Shown one piece after another: positions 22,501 to 37,080 of a stretch of DNA of 64,000 nt (position 1 is the first letter of the stretch; each line of letters opens with the position of its first letter). The notes under the pieces were generated by a model that was not told the origin of the DNA, searched no databases, and saw nothing but the letters and a program-made list of their open reading frames with translations. This stretch comes from Hemiscyllium ocellatum (lineage: Eukaryota), in the NCBI RefSeq assembly GCF_020745735.1, contig NC_083439.1, positions 30,084,596 through 30,148,595 on the forward strand, in the 5' to 3' direction. The position numbers were made by a program, and so were the translations under genes.

Positions 22501-24420
22501 ACACTGCTAACCTTTCAAGAGCCACATCCATCATAAACCGTGAACTGTCTTTCCACAGACTCTACTAAGATATCTCTGACACTGTCTTGGGCAGCATGGT
22601 TAGCACTTCTGGTTAGCACTTCTCCTTGACGTCACCAGGGACCTGGGTTTGATCCTTGAGCAATTATCTATGTGGAGTTTGCCCTGTCTCTGTGTGGGTT
22701 TCCTAAATTCAAAGATGTGCAGGTTAGGTGAGCTGGCTATGCTAAATTGGCCATAGTTTTTAGGGATGTGGTGGTTAGATGGATCGTCAGTGGTCAATGT
22801 AGAGTAATGGTCTGGGTGGCTTCCTTTCAGAGGGTCAGTGTGGACTTGTTGGACTGAATGCCCTGTTTCCACACTGCAGGGATTCTATGTTAATTAAACT
22901 CATGATTCCTTGAAACTAATGGCTATCACTGAGCCATCTATCTTAGGTTCAGGCTTCTGTCTACAGGTGGGTCGAACAACTGGCATAATGGTATGTTACT
23001 GAGACAGGAATTCAGTGAGTCGGGTTAATCATCTGAGGCTGGAGGTCTCAAATTTTATTGTAGTTGCTGATCGAACACGAAAATCCATCTTGAAAATATC
23101 TACTCTGGGTAATAGTGACTGTGAAACTAATCTTTTATAAAATCTTATCTCGTTCACAATTCCCATTATGGAGGTAAATCTACCATCTTGACCTGGTCTG
23201 GCCTAAATGTGACTCCAGACCCACAGCAATGTCACTGATTCTGAAATAGCTGAGCAAACCAATCACATCAAGGGCAATTAGGGACAAATTAGGCAACAAA
23301 TCCCAGCCACGACGGAGAAGCCACAGGATGTTAATAGTGAGGGATTGAGCAATGGGAATGTCATGGAGACTGTCGTGGTGTGATAGTGAGATTTTCCCTT
23401 GTTGGAGACAGTCATTGCCTGACAGTTGTGTGTTCTGAATGTGAATGTTGTTCAGGTCTTGCTGCATTTGAACAGGGACTGTTTCAGTATCTGTGACATT
23501 GTCAATGGGGCTGAATACTGGGCAATGATCAGCAAACATCCCCACTTGTGACATTCTGATGGAGGGAAGGTCTTTGATGGAGCAGTTGACCTTGTTGTGT
23601 CTAAGAGAGTACCTTGAGGAACTCTGGCAGAGGTGTCTTGGGAATGAGGTGATTGAACTTTGATAAGCAGAACTATCTTTCTTTGAGCTGGGCATGACTC
23701 CAACCAACAAAGAGGTTTTTCTAATCCCACTGAGTTCAATTTTCCTTGGGACTCTTTGGTAAATTGTTCAATCAAATTCTGCCTTGGTCTTAAAGCAGTC
23801 ACCATCATTTCCCCTCTTTACGTTCAGCTCTTTTAGTCATACTTGGACCAAGCTGCACTGAGATCAGGAGCTGGGTAATCCTGGTGGAACACAGACTGAG
23901 CATCAGTGACCAGGTTAGTGTGGAGGACATGTGCCTTGATCACCCTGTTGACAAAACCTTCCATCACTTCACTTGTGACTGACAGAAGATTGGTGGGGGA
24001 GGAATTGATAAGGTTGGATTTGTCCCACTTTTTGTCAACAGGTCACTACTGGCTCCATTTCTAGGTAGATGCTGCAGTTGTAGCTGTACACGAACAGAAT
24101 GGATAGGGACACGGCCCGTTCAGGATCACAGTTCTTTCACCTTATTCCCACAATGTTAGTCAGGGTGCATTGGCTTCACAGTATCCAATGTCTACAGCTG
24201 TTTCTTGATGTCACGTGCAGTCAATAGTACTGACTGAAGACAGGTATTGGTGAGGCTGGGGACTACAATGGATTGTCCCTTTGGAGATTTCTGGCTGCAG
24301 TTTGTTGCAAACGCTTCAGCCTTATCCTTTGCGCTATGCCCCCCACCCACCTCCCACCATTGAGGGTGGGGAAGTTTGTGGAACCGCCTCCTCTTGGCAA
24401 TTTTTAAATTCAGACTCCGA

Positions 24421-26195
24421 CAGCACACAGAGGCCCTTCAGCCCAAACTGTTCCACGCCGACCACAATGTCCATCCACACTGTCCATCCATTTCCCTGTA
24501 CAGGGCCCATAGCCTTCTCATCCTTTCCTATCCATGTATTTCTCTAAATGCATTTTTGAACATTGTTTATGTACCTGCCTCAAACACTACTTATTCCATC
24601 TGCGTACCCCCACCTCTGTGTGAAATCATTGCCCCTCCGGTTCCCTTTCATTCTTTCCCCTCTAACCTTTAAACTGATGTTTCTCTAGTCCTTGACTCCT
24701 CCTCACTTGGAAAAAGACTGAGTATTTTCATCCCATCCATGCCTTTCATGATCTTATACACTTCCAAAAGAATTCATCACCTCCCCCTCCCCCTCTCCCT
24801 CCCCCAAGTCTCCTTTGATCTGAAGAAAAAAAGTTTGAGCGTGTCTGACCTCTCCCTCCTACTCAGACCCTGAGTCCTGGCAACATCCTTGGAAATTCCT
24901 TCTGCACTCTATCCTGTTTAATAGCATCTTTCCAACAGCAAGGTGACCAAAACTGAACACAATACTCCAAGTGCAGCCTCAACAACATTCTGTACACCTG
25001 CAACATCACTTCCCAATGTCTGTACTCAGTGCCCTGACTGATGAAGGCCAGTGTGCCCATAGCCTTCTTCACTGCCCTGTCTACCTGTGACTCCACTTTC
25101 AGAGAACCATACACCTGAACTTCAAGGTCCCTCTGTCCCACTACACTCCTTAAGGCCCAACCATTCATCATGAAACTCCTACCTTGATGTGACTTTCCAA
25201 ACTGTAACACCTCATACTGATCTACATTGAATTCCATTTGCAATTTCTCGGTGCACGTGCTCAGTTGGGAGAAAGTGAGGACTGGAGATCAGAGTCAGGA
25301 AGCGTGCTGCTGTAAAAGCACAGTCGGTCAGGCAGCATCTGAGGAATGAGAGGGACAACGTTTCAAGCAAAAGCTCTTCATCAGGAATGAGGGGGTGCCC
25401 ACAAGGGGGCTGAGATATAATTGGGATAGAATGGGGCTAGAAGCAGGGCAAATAAGGAAACTGGTGAAAATGACATGGTCCAATCACATGGGATCATGGT
25501 AACCACCTTTGCTGTCTACTACACTTCCAATTTTGGTATCATCTGCAACTTAGTAACGATACCTCCCATGTTCACACCCAATCATTTATACAAATGACAA
25601 CAAGCACTGATTCTTATGGCACACCACTAGTCACAGTCCTCCATTCTGAAAAACAATCCTCCACTACTACCCTAGGTCTTCTACCTTCTGGCCAGCTCTG
25701 TATCCACATCCCTGTATTCCATGAGATCTAAACTTGCTAATCATTCACCCATGAGGAACTTTGTTGAATGCCTTGCTGAAGACCAAATAGATCACATCCA
25801 CCACACTGCTCTCATCAATCCTCTGTGTTACTTCTTCAACAAATTCAATCAAGTTTATGAGAAGTGATTTCTCTCCCACAAAGCCATGCTGACTATCCCT
25901 AATCAGTCTTTGGCTTACCAAATACATGTAAATTCTATCCCTCAGGATTCCCTCCAACAACTTACTCACCACCGATGCCAAGCTCACTAGTCTGTAGTTC
26001 CCTGGCTTTTCCTGACCACCTTTCCTAAATAGTGACAACACATTAGCCAACCTCCAGTCTTCCAGTACCTCACCTGCAAATGTTGATGATACAAATTTCT
26101 CAGCAAGAGGCCCAGCAATCACTCCCTGAGCTTTCCACAGAGATCCAGGGTACACCTGATCAAGTCGTAGGGATTTACACACATTTATGTTGAAT
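24421..26195 (-). mobile_element. CR1-like LINE fragment
   Basis: ORFs 24863-25243 and 25745-26182 carry CR1 RT motifs. Confidence 0.88.
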
Positions 26196-27442
26196 CATAG
26201 AATAACTACAGTGTGGAAACAGGCCATTTGGCCCAACAAGTCCACACTGACATTTTAAAGAGTAACCCAGCCAAACCCATTTCCGTACATTATTCCTCTA
26301 CATGTTCCTCGACTAATGCACCTAAACTACAAGTCCCTGAACAAGAACGGCAATTTACCATGGCTCATCCACTTAACCTGCACATCTTTGAACAGTGGGA
26401 GGAAACCAGAGCTCCCACAGTAATCCCACACAGACACAAGGAGAATGTGCAAACTTCACACAGAGAGTCACCAGAGACTGGAATCAAACCCATGTCCCTG
26501 GTGCTGTGAGGCAGCAGTGCTAACAACTGTGCCACCGTGCTGCCCCATCATCCCTTTTAGAATGAATGTAAAATTCTCTCAACACCCTGCACCTTCATCT
26601 ACCTCTCACCATCCCAGCTATCTTCCTCCCCAACCTCTAACCTTCTATTTATCTCTCAGCCCCCTTTCCCAACCCATAATCCTGATGAAGTACTCATACC
26701 TGAAACAGTGACTCTCCTGCTCCTCAGATGCTGCATGACCTGCTGTACTTTTCAGGGACCATACACTTTGACTGTGATCTCCAGAATCTGCAATCCTCAC
26801 TTTCACCCTCAACACCATCCCCCAACAAACTCCGCCAGAGCAAGGTCAACATGGGACGCGATACATGAGCTTCCTCTGCTCATTTTCACTGAACAGAAAG
26901 CTGTCTCTACACTTTTAAACTAAATGTATAGCTACACTGTCTACATCAAACACTTTCAATCCAGGGACCTCACTGGGTTAGAAATGGAGTAATAGATTCT
27001 ACTCTTTCCAATTGAAACTAAAGCTTCTTCTATTCTTGAAAACTGGAAGGAAAGCTGTCCTCATCAAAGATTCCCAGGACACAGGCAACACGCAGTGAAA
27101 GACAGAGTAAAAGTGCCTCTACTCTGTGAATTACAAATAAACAGAAAGTTGAGCTCTCCCTGCATTGTCCGGATCAAACACTCCCCTGACAGGGACATAA
27201 CAAGTTTAGATACAGAATAAAGCTTCTTCAATATTGCCTCCATCAAACACTTCCAGGGGGCTGTGTAATATAAGGTCAATCCCTTTGTTCTAACCAAACC
27301 CCATCCTCAGACAATCTCACTGTCAGTCTCCTCAGGTGAGGATGGGGAGGACCCAGGAGACACCCTCCTGGATCAATGAGCTCCGTTTGATGATTGTCTT
27401 CATGCGGCCTTCACCATGAGACCTTGTGGAGCTGAATTCAGT

Positions 27443-27624
27443 CAGGTGACAGCACAGCAGCTCACAGCCACTCCTATTGGTCCAAATGAAATAGGCCCTC
27501 CTGGTAATAACTCAATGAGTTCAATCATTGGTGGACATTGTAGAGATTGGGGCTGGTTGATTGGTTCCATGTTGCTGCTTCTGGTCACATTGGTGTCAGG
27601 TGAATGCAGGTTGTGTGTATAAAA
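27443..27624 (+). promoter_or_regulatory. ZP3 copy 3 proximal promoter
   Basis: CAGGTG 27443-27448, ATTGG cluster, TATAAAA 27618-27624. Confidence 0.68.
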
Positions 27625-27669
27625 GGAGTTGGTCGAGGCTGTGTGGGGATGGTTGAGTTGTTTGTGATC

Positions 27670-30437
27670 ATGGGTGATTTTGTAGTGAGGGGTTTGTTCC
27701 CTTTGTTGGTGTTAGTTGGAGTTGTTTGTTGCTCTGAAACATGGCAACAGTTTCTGAGCCAGAGGTTTCCATGGACAATAGTGAGAGCCAGTCCTGTTCC
27801 TGAGAGAGTGCCTCCTCATGGGGATCCCATTGGTTCTAGTTTCCGAATGTCTGAGGTTGGGAGTGTGTCCCCACTGCAGACTGTGATAGTGCAGCGTGGA
27901 GAGCACAACCTGCTGGTCAGGGCCCAGCTGGATTTATTTGGAACCGGACACCTGATTAAAGCTACTGACCTGACCCTGGGGACAGCAGGTTGTCCCTCAA
28001 CCAGGGTTGACCCTGAGAACCAGACTGTCCTCTTTGACTATGGGCTGCATGAGTGTGGTAGTAGATTGCAGGTAATGGAGGTTGTCAACACTTGTTGGAA
28101 GCTTGGGCTGTCCAGGTTTTCCTGGATGTGGTGATGTTGATATTGAGGAGGGGCTAGACTTTTAAATTCTCAAATTGTCAGACTAAGTTCCTATCTTGGT
28201 GTACTGTACCTGAGCTGTTCTCCATTTCTAGCCTTATGCTCCTCTTTTCACTGGCTTAGAAGCCTCTGATTACACACTGTTCTGCTGGAATGCATATTTT
28301 GTCAGTATGAACTTGGCTTGTAGTTCAAACTGTTGATTTCATTCTGTTTAATTGTTTTCTTTACTACTTCCATCTGATGCACCCTGGATATTTATTGCCT
28401 CCCATTTCTATTAATCTCTCTATGTATTCCGCTAGTAATCTTTGCTCCATCTGAAAGTTTCATGATAAAATCAGGAAATGAGGGCCAAAAGATGTCAGCA
28501 GCCTCTTCCCTGTAATAACAATCACCTTGTCCCTGTTCCCTCAATATTTATCTAATTCTGCCTCAGACACCAACACCACCTTCTTTCACCCAATGTTTGG
28601 ATCAGGAATTCCTATCCTGACCTAGACAATGATGTCGTACCTTGTTAAATTGATCCTAAGTGACTAACCCCTGACCTGTGACCTACTGCCCTCTAGTGGT
28701 CCCTCCATATCAGGGATGGGAAATCGGTCTCCTGGCCCTGAAACTGGGACAATTCTTTAGGGCATGTGACAATATGATGTCATTGTGAACCCTGTGTAGA
28801 TCCTTCTCATTTCAGATCAACCCCTCATTCCCTAACCTGGTGTCTTCCAGATGACTGGAGATTTACTGATCTACACCACCCACCTGACCCACATCCCAAA
28901 CTATCCTGGATCTGTCATTGTGAGAACCAATGGAGCTGTTGTTCCTATTGAATGTCGTTATTTCAGGTGAGAATCTTTAATTGATTGTCAGTATGATCCC
29001 CTGCTGCTGTTGTCTGACACTGTCCTAAAATGGCTGCCCTGTCTCCTTCCTCCAGGAAGGGCAATGTGAGTAGCAATCCCATCAAGCCCACCTGGATCCC
29101 ATTCTTCTCCACCAGGTCTGGAGAAGGGCATCTGTCATTCTCCCTGCATCTAATGAATGGTACGTGATGGGTGGCTGGGGAGGGATCTCCTGATGGCTCT
29201 CTCTGGGTGTTGTACCCATTGGCTCCAACCCTTGTCTTGCTGTACTTCAGGTGATTGGCTTACAGAGCGCACTTCTACTGTCTACTCCCTGGGAGAACTC
29301 ATTCACATTGAGGCATCTGTTTCAATGGCCAACCATGTGTCCCTGAAGCTGTACATTGATCGCTGTGTAGCTACACTGAGCCCAGACAAGGACTCCACCC
29401 TGAGATACAGCATCATTGACTACAATGGGTAAGGAGCTCTCTGCTTTCTCCAGCTGCTCCCATCTCAATGGCTTCACTCCATTCACTCCATTCCCCTTTG
29501 TCCATCTGCAGTTGCCTCCTGGACAGCAAAGCTGAGGACTCCTTTTCAACCTTTGTGTTGCCGAGAGACGGGCGGGAGCCGGACAAGCTCCAGTTTGACC
29601 TGGATGCCTTCCGTTTCTATGGAGATGAGCGATCCTTGGTAAGAGGAAGCTGCTGATGTGCTTCTCCACATTGGGGAGGGAGTCACTAAACACTGACTTG
29701 TTCTGACTATGTCCCTTAGATATTCATCACCTGTCACCTGAGAGTTGCTGCAGTGGATCAGGGAGATTCCAGGAACAAAGCTTGTACTTTCCAGAAGCTG
29801 GAGCATATGTAAGTTCCCTCTCCCTGTCCCTCAGGGATGTTGTTGTTGGGAGAGGTGATGCACCATGTGGTTGATGGGCTGTTTCTCTTGTTTAGCTGGA
29901 GCCCATTGGAGGGGTCAGACAGTGACATTTGTGCCTGTTGCCATGTGGGGAATTGTAGGAGCACAAGGGAGATCCTGATCCCTTTCAGAGGAAGGAGAGA
30001 CCTTGCTACTGAAGCAGGTAGGATGTTGACCCTCTAAATGTTGGATCTCCCCTCACACCCCCACCCTGCCCCCATTTCCTGACTGGGATGTTTCTTCTTG
30101 CAGAGACTGAAGCTGGATTGGAGTGGGAGGGGGAGGCCTCACTTGGTCCCCTGATCATTCTGGATACTGGGCTTACCAACCTGGCAACACAGCCCCTGAC
30201 AGAGGGTGATGGAAAGATGCAGGAGAGGTCTCCAAGCAGTGAGTTGGCTGCCTGCTAATTTCTCTTTCTGTCCCTGTTTTCCCTCAGTAACCATTGGTTT
30301 CTCCTTGTTTTGTAGGTGTGGAGTCAGAGCTGGTTGTGATGGTGGTCCTGACTGTGACAGCTGTCTGTCTGATCTCTGCATCATTGCTGGCCTTCTTCCT
30401 GTACAGGAGACACAAGCAAACACCCATCAACTGGTGA
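27670..30437 (+). CDS. ZP3: ZP3-like, copy 3, open reading frame but ZP-N Cys1 replaced by Arg (C76R)
   Basis: join(27670-28071,28851-28966,29056-29159,29251-29428,29512-29638,29720-29808,29896-30017,30104-30238,30316-30437); no stop or frameshift; TGT>CGT at 27895-27897. Confidence 0.85.
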
Positions 30438-33400
30438 TTGAAATAGTCAATAAAGCAGTGATTCATAGTGTCTTCTGTCTGGAGCTGGTTTTGTTTCATT
30501 TTTCTTTTAGTTTTTAAACTATTCCTGGGTACAATCCCTGGGTTGAGCCTCTCCAGTCCATGAACTGAGCTTCCTGAATGATTGGATTATGGAAGATTAT
30601 TGTTTGCCCCTTCCAGTGAGTACAGGGATTGATGGCATTTGACAGTGCTTTCCATTCTTATTTAAATCAGTCTGCAGAATGTGCTGGAGGAAGCTCTCTG
30701 ATGTGGCCCTGTCTAAGGGAGAAACAGTTGGTGCTTGTCATCTGCTCTGATTCTGTTGAGGGGTCTGTGGATTCCCAATATTATCGGAGATGTCAGTCCT
30801 GTTGTCTTTGAACTGTTATCCCTCAGATTTCTGACATCCACAGGAGAGGGATGTCAAACTGATGGGCTGAATGTTGTCATTTCTCCAACCATGAAGCTGG
30901 GTTTGCAAGTTCTCTAGGGTTGTGGCCATTGACTGACAGAATAGAAACCTCATTTTTGAATATTGGTAGCTCTAATATTCTATTCAGCACTGAGTTTATT
31001 AAATAGTGCTCACCCCTCTAGAATAGGGAATGTGTTTTTAAGACATCAGCACCACCTGTGTAATATGGACACTTTTTTGAAGTCACCACCTACATCCCCA
31101 ATTTGCACTTTTCCATATTACCCTCCACACAGTAAACTCTGAACTGTTCACTGCCCTTTCATCAGTGTAATGGAGGAAAAGGTGTGTAATGGTTCTGGTG
31201 TCTCTGCAGAAGAGGGACTGTTTCATCTCCCTGACAGAGATGGGCATAGCTGGGTCTCATTTAGGTGCCCATTGCTACCCCTTTGCTCTGATGGTTGGTC
31301 TCACCAGCCTGCAGAACATCTGAGATGCATAACTAATCCCAGTATCCTGTGGGAGACTGGTACAATTGCAACATTTAAGAGGCATTTGGATGGGAATATG
31401 AATAGGAAGGGTTTGAAGGGATATGGGCTGGGTGCTGGCAGGTGGGATGAGTTTGGGTTGGGGCATCTGGCCAGCATGGATGGGTTGGACCAAAGAGTCT
31501 GTTTCCATGCTGGAAATCTGACTCGAACTTCCCACCCCGCTCTCCCCTCCATCTCTGTCAAGTATGTGTCCTTGGCTGCTTCTACCACCAAATTCCCCAG
31601 TCCATGAACTGAGCTTCTTGAATAAATGGTTATGGAAAATGTTTCCTCCTACCAGGGTGGACAGGGGATTGATGACGGCCTTGGAAAAGGACTTTCCATT
31701 CTCAATAAATCGCTTTCCAGAACGTGCTGGAGGAACAGTGCTGTGAGTGTGAGGGAGAAACGGTTGGTGTTTCTCATCTGTTCTGATTCTCTTCAGAAGT
31801 GTCCAAATGGATTCCCAATGTTCCCATCCCCTGAGATGCTGCCAGTCTTGTCGTGTTTGTGAATTGTTATCCCTCTGATTTCTGACCTCCTACAGTATTA
31901 GGATTTCAAACAGAGGGACTGAAAATTATCATGCCCCTGAACCACAAAGCTGTGTTGGCAAGTCCTGAAGGGTTGTGGTCATCTGATTGAATAGAAACCT
32001 AATTTTGAATGTGGATGGCCCTTATGTTCTATTCAGATTTGAATGTAAACTGTACTCCCCTTCCAGGACATCAGGCACCACCTCTAATATGGACATTTAG
32101 GAAGATGTCACTGTCTACATCCCCACTTTCCACACCTTCTATATCCTCCTCCACAGTAAACACTGAACTGTTCTTTCCCCCCTTGTGCAACCACATGATG
32201 GTAACAATATAATCATCAAGTAATGGAGGGCAAAATGTGTAAGGTCATCTTCTGCAGCTATACTGACACCATGTTTGTTGTACCTGACAAAGGCAGGCAG
32301 AGCGTGGGCCCATGCAGGTGCCCATGGCTACTCCTTTGCTCTGACAATTAGTTTCACCAACCTGCAGCACATCTCTGGGACACATAATTAACCCCAGTAC
32401 CCTGTGGGTGAACACTCCAACTCACCCTCTGCCACTGATATGCATGCCCTCAGCTGCCTCCACCACCAAATTCTAGCCACCCAACAACTGAGGATGAGCA
32501 CCATCTTCCATCTTTGGTACCCACCAACCACATGGGATCTAAGTAGATTTCATCACTTCTGATGTTCCCGTCCCCAGTTTATCCCAGATCCAACCCTCTA
32601 ACTCAGCACTGCCCTTTCTGAACTATCCAATGTGTCTTTCTGACCTCTCCACGCTCACCTACCACCATCACACCCCATCTTCATCTACCTAATGTATTCC
32701 CAGCTACCTTCCCCCGGCCCTACAGTGTCCCATTTAGCTCTCATACCCTTGGAACCACCCCTCCCACATTTCTGCTTGAAATGTTGACTGTTCCCCTTGG
32801 ATGCTGCCTGACTGGCTGTGCTTTACCAACACCACACTTTGAATCTGATCTGCAGTCCCCACTTTCTCACTGGTCCACTGTAATCAGTTCCCAACGCCAC
32901 CCCCTTGACAAAAGACAAGCTTAAACAAAACATTGTCTCTCTTGTAAATCCAAAAGAGACATAGTCACCCCCACCCCCTCTCCCAACCCTCAAACTGCAG
33001 ATTTTATCTGTGACTGGGGTGGGGAGATGGGTGGAAATTGCTTCCATTTCTAGGCCCCAGCAGGAACTGTTGCAAGTTAAGATTACTAATGCTGGTTCTG
33101 AAAGTTTGAAAAAAAAACAATTCAGGGTGCTTCTATTGTTTCAATTTCTTCAAAACCCAAGGCCTCAGTCCATTTATTTCACTGGTTTTTCAAGACACAG
33201 TTTTCAACCTTTTTGCTTAAAGCCTCTCCAAAAAACTGGGAAAAATATAATTCTTAAAACCAGAGCATTGCCACATGCTGAAGTCTCTAGAAAGAACTTG
33301 CACTCAGGACTAAAAGCAAAATACTGCACAGGCTGGAAAACTGAAGCAAGCCACAGACTATGCTGGGAAAACTCAGGTAGTCTAGCTGCATCTATTGACA

Positions 33401-35298
33401 GACACTGCTAACCTTTCAAGAGCCACATCCATCATAAACCGTGAACTGTCTTTCCACAGACTCTACTAAGATATCTCTGACACTGTCTTGGGCAGCATGG
33501 TTAGCACTTCTGGTTAGCACTTCTCCTTGACATCACCAGGGACCTGGGTTCGATCCTTGGGCAATTATCTACGTGGAGTTCGCCCTGTCTCTGTGTGGAT
33601 TTCCTAATATCGAAGATGTGCAGGTTAGGTGAGCTGGCTATGCTATATTGGCCATAGTTTTTAGGGATGTGGTGGTTAGATGGATCGTCAGTGGTCAAAG
33701 TAGAGTAATGGTCTGGGTGGCTTCCTTTCAGAGGGTCAGTGTGGACTTGTTGGACTGAATGCCCTGTTTCCACACTGCAGGGATTCTATGTTAATTAAAC
33801 TCATGATTCCTTGAAACTAATGGCTCTCACTGAGCCATCTATCTTAGGTTCAGGCTTCTGTCTACAGGTGGGTGGAACAAGTGGCATAATGGTATGTTAC
33901 TGAGACAGGAATTCAGTGAGTCAGATTAATCATCTAGGGCTGGGGTCTCAAATTTTATTGTAGTTGCTGATAGAACACGAAAATCCATCTTGAAAATATC
34001 TACTCTTGGTAATTGTGACTGTGAAACTAATCTTTTATAACAGCCCATCTCATTCACAATTCCCATCAGGGAAGTAAATCTACCACCTTGACCTGGTCTG
34101 GCCTAAATGTGACTCCAGACCCACAGCAATGTCGCTGATTCTGAAGTAGCTGAGCAAACCAATCACATCAAGGGCAATTAGGGACAGGCAATAAATCCCA
34201 GCCATGACAGAGAAGCCACAGGATGTTAATAGTGAGGGATTGAGCAATGGGAATGTCATGGAGACTGTCATGGTGTGATAGTGAGATTTTCCCTAGTTGG
34301 AGATGGTCATTGCCTGACAGTTGTGTGTTCTGAATGTGAATGTTGTTCAGGTCTTGCTGCATTTGAACAGGGACTGTTTCAGTATCTGTGACGTTGTCAA
34401 TGGGGCTGAACACTGGGCAATCATGAGCAAACATCCCCACTTGTGCCATTCTGATGGAGGGAAGGTCTTTGATGGTTGCGTTGAAGAGTACCTTGAGGAA
34501 CTCTGGCAGAGATGTCCTGGGAATGTGGTGACTGAACATTGATAACCAGAACCATCTTTCTTTGTGCTGGGCATGACTCCAACCAACAGAGGTTTTTCTA
34601 ATCCCACTGAGTTCAATTTTTCCTTGGGACTCTTTGGTAAATTGTTCAATCAAATTCTGCCTTGGTCTTAAAGCAGTCACCCTCATTTCCCCTCTTTACG
34701 TTCAGCTCTTTTAGTCATACTTGGACCAAGCTGCACTGAGATCAGGAGCTGGGTAGCCCTGGTGGAACACAGACTGAGCATCAGTGACCAGGTTAGTGTG
34801 GAGGACATGTGCCTTGATCACCCTTTTGAAAAAACCTTTCATCACTTAACTTGTGATTGACAGAAGATTGGTCAGGGAGGAACTGGCAAGTTTGGATTTG
34901 TCCCACTTTTTGTCAACAGGTCACTACTGGCTCCATTTCCAGGTAGATGCTGCAGTTGTGGCTGTACACGAACAGAATGGATAGGGACACGGCAGATTCA
35001 GGATCACAGCTCTTTCACCTCATTCCCACAATGTTAGTCAGGGTGCATTGGCTTCACAGGATCCAATGTCTACAGCTGTTTCTTGATGTCACGTGCAGTC
35101 AATAGTACTGACTGAAGACAGGTATTGGTGATGCTGGGAACTACAATGGATTGTCCCTTTGGAGATTTCTGGCTGCAGTTTGTTGCAAACGCTTCAGCCT
35201 TATCCTTTGCGCTATGCCCCCCACCCACCTCCCACCATTGAGGGTGGGGAAGTTTGTGGAACCGCCTCCTCTTGGCAATTTTTAAATTCAGACTCCTA

Positions 35299-37080
35299 CA
35301 GCACACAGAGGCCCTTCAGCCCAAACTGTTCCACGCCGACCACAATGCCCATCCACACTGTCCATCCATTTCCCTGTACAGGGCCCATAGCCTTCTCATC
35401 CTTTCCTATCCATGTATTTCTCTAAATGCATTTTTGAACATTGTTTTATGGACCTGCCTCAAACACTACTTATTCCATCTGCGTACCTCACCTCTGTGTG
35501 AAATCATTGCCCCTCCGGTTCCCTTTAATTCTTACCCCTCTAACCTTAAACTAATGTTCTCTAGTCCTTGACTCCTCCTCACTGGGAAAAGATTGAGTAC
35601 CTTCCCCCCATTCATGCCTTTCATGATCTAATACACTTCCATAAGAATTCACCATCTCCCCTCCCCCTCCCCCTCCCCCGTGTCTCCTTTACTCTGAAGA
35701 AAAATGTCTGAGCATGTCTGACCTCTCCCTCCAACTCAGACCCTGAGTCCTGGCAACATCCTTGGAAATTCCTTCTGCACTCTATCCTGTTTAATAGCAT
35801 CTTTCCTGTAGCAAGGTGACCAAAACTGAACACAATACTCCAAGTGCAGCCTCAACAACATTCTGTACACCTGCAACATCACTTCCCAACGTCTGTACTC
35901 AGTGCCCTGACTGATGAAGGCCAGTGTGCCCATAGCCTCCTTCACTGCCCTGTCTACCTGTGACTCCACTTTCAGAGAACCATACACCTGAACTCCAAGG
36001 CCCCTCTGTTCCACTACACTCCTTAAGGTCCAACCATTCATCATGAAACTCCTACCTTGATGTGACTTTCCAAACTGTAACACCTCATACTGACCTACAT
36101 TGAACTCCATTTGCAATTTGTCAGTGCATGTGCTCAGTTGGGAGAAAGTGAGGACTGCAGATGCTGGAGATCAGAGTCGGAAAGTGTGATGCTGTAAAAG
36201 CACAGTCGGTCAGACAGCATCTGAGGAACAAGAGAGACAACGTTTCAAACACAAGCTCTTCATCAGGAATGAGGGGTTGCCCTCAAGGGGGCTGAGATAT
36301 AATTGGGAAAGAATGGGGCTGGAAGGAGGGCAAATAAGGAAACTGGTGAAAATGACATGGTCCAATCACATGAGATCATGGTAACCTCCTTCGCTGACAA
36401 CTACACCTCCAATTTTGGTGTCATCTGCAAACTTACTAATGATACCTCCCATGTTCACACCCAATCATTTATATAAATGACAAAAAGCACCGATCCTTAT
36501 GGCGCACCACTGGTCACAGGCCTCCACCGTGAAAAACAATCCTCCACTACTACCCTAAGCCTTCTACCTTCTGGCCAGTTCTGTATCCACATCCCTGTAT
36601 TCCATGAGATCTAACCTTGCTAATCAGTCACCCATGAGGAACTTTGTTGAATGCCTTGCTGAAGTCCAGATAGATCACATCCACCACACTGCTCTCATCA
36701 ATCCTCTGTGTTACTTCTTCAACAAATTCAATCAAGTTTATGAGAAGTGATTTCTCTCCCACAAAGCCATGTTGACTAACCCTAATCAGTCCTTGGCTTA
36801 CCAAATACATGTAAATCCTGTCCCTCAGGATTCCCTCCTATATCTTGCCCACTATCGATGCCAAGCTCACTAGTCTGTAGTTCCCTGGCTTTTCCTGACC
36901 ACCTTTCCTAAATAGTGACAACACATTAGCCAACCTCCAGTCTTCCAGTACCTCACCTGCAAATGTTGATGATACAAATTTCTCAGCAAGAGGCCCAGCA
37001 ATCACTTCCTGAGCTTCCCACAGAGTTCCAGGGTACACCTGATCAGGTCATAGGGAATTATACACATTTATGTTGAATCA
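35299..37080 (-). mobile_element. CR1-like LINE fragment
   Basis: ORFs 35736-36116, 36628-36810 (YLDFSKAFNKVPH) and 36838-37038. Confidence 0.88.
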
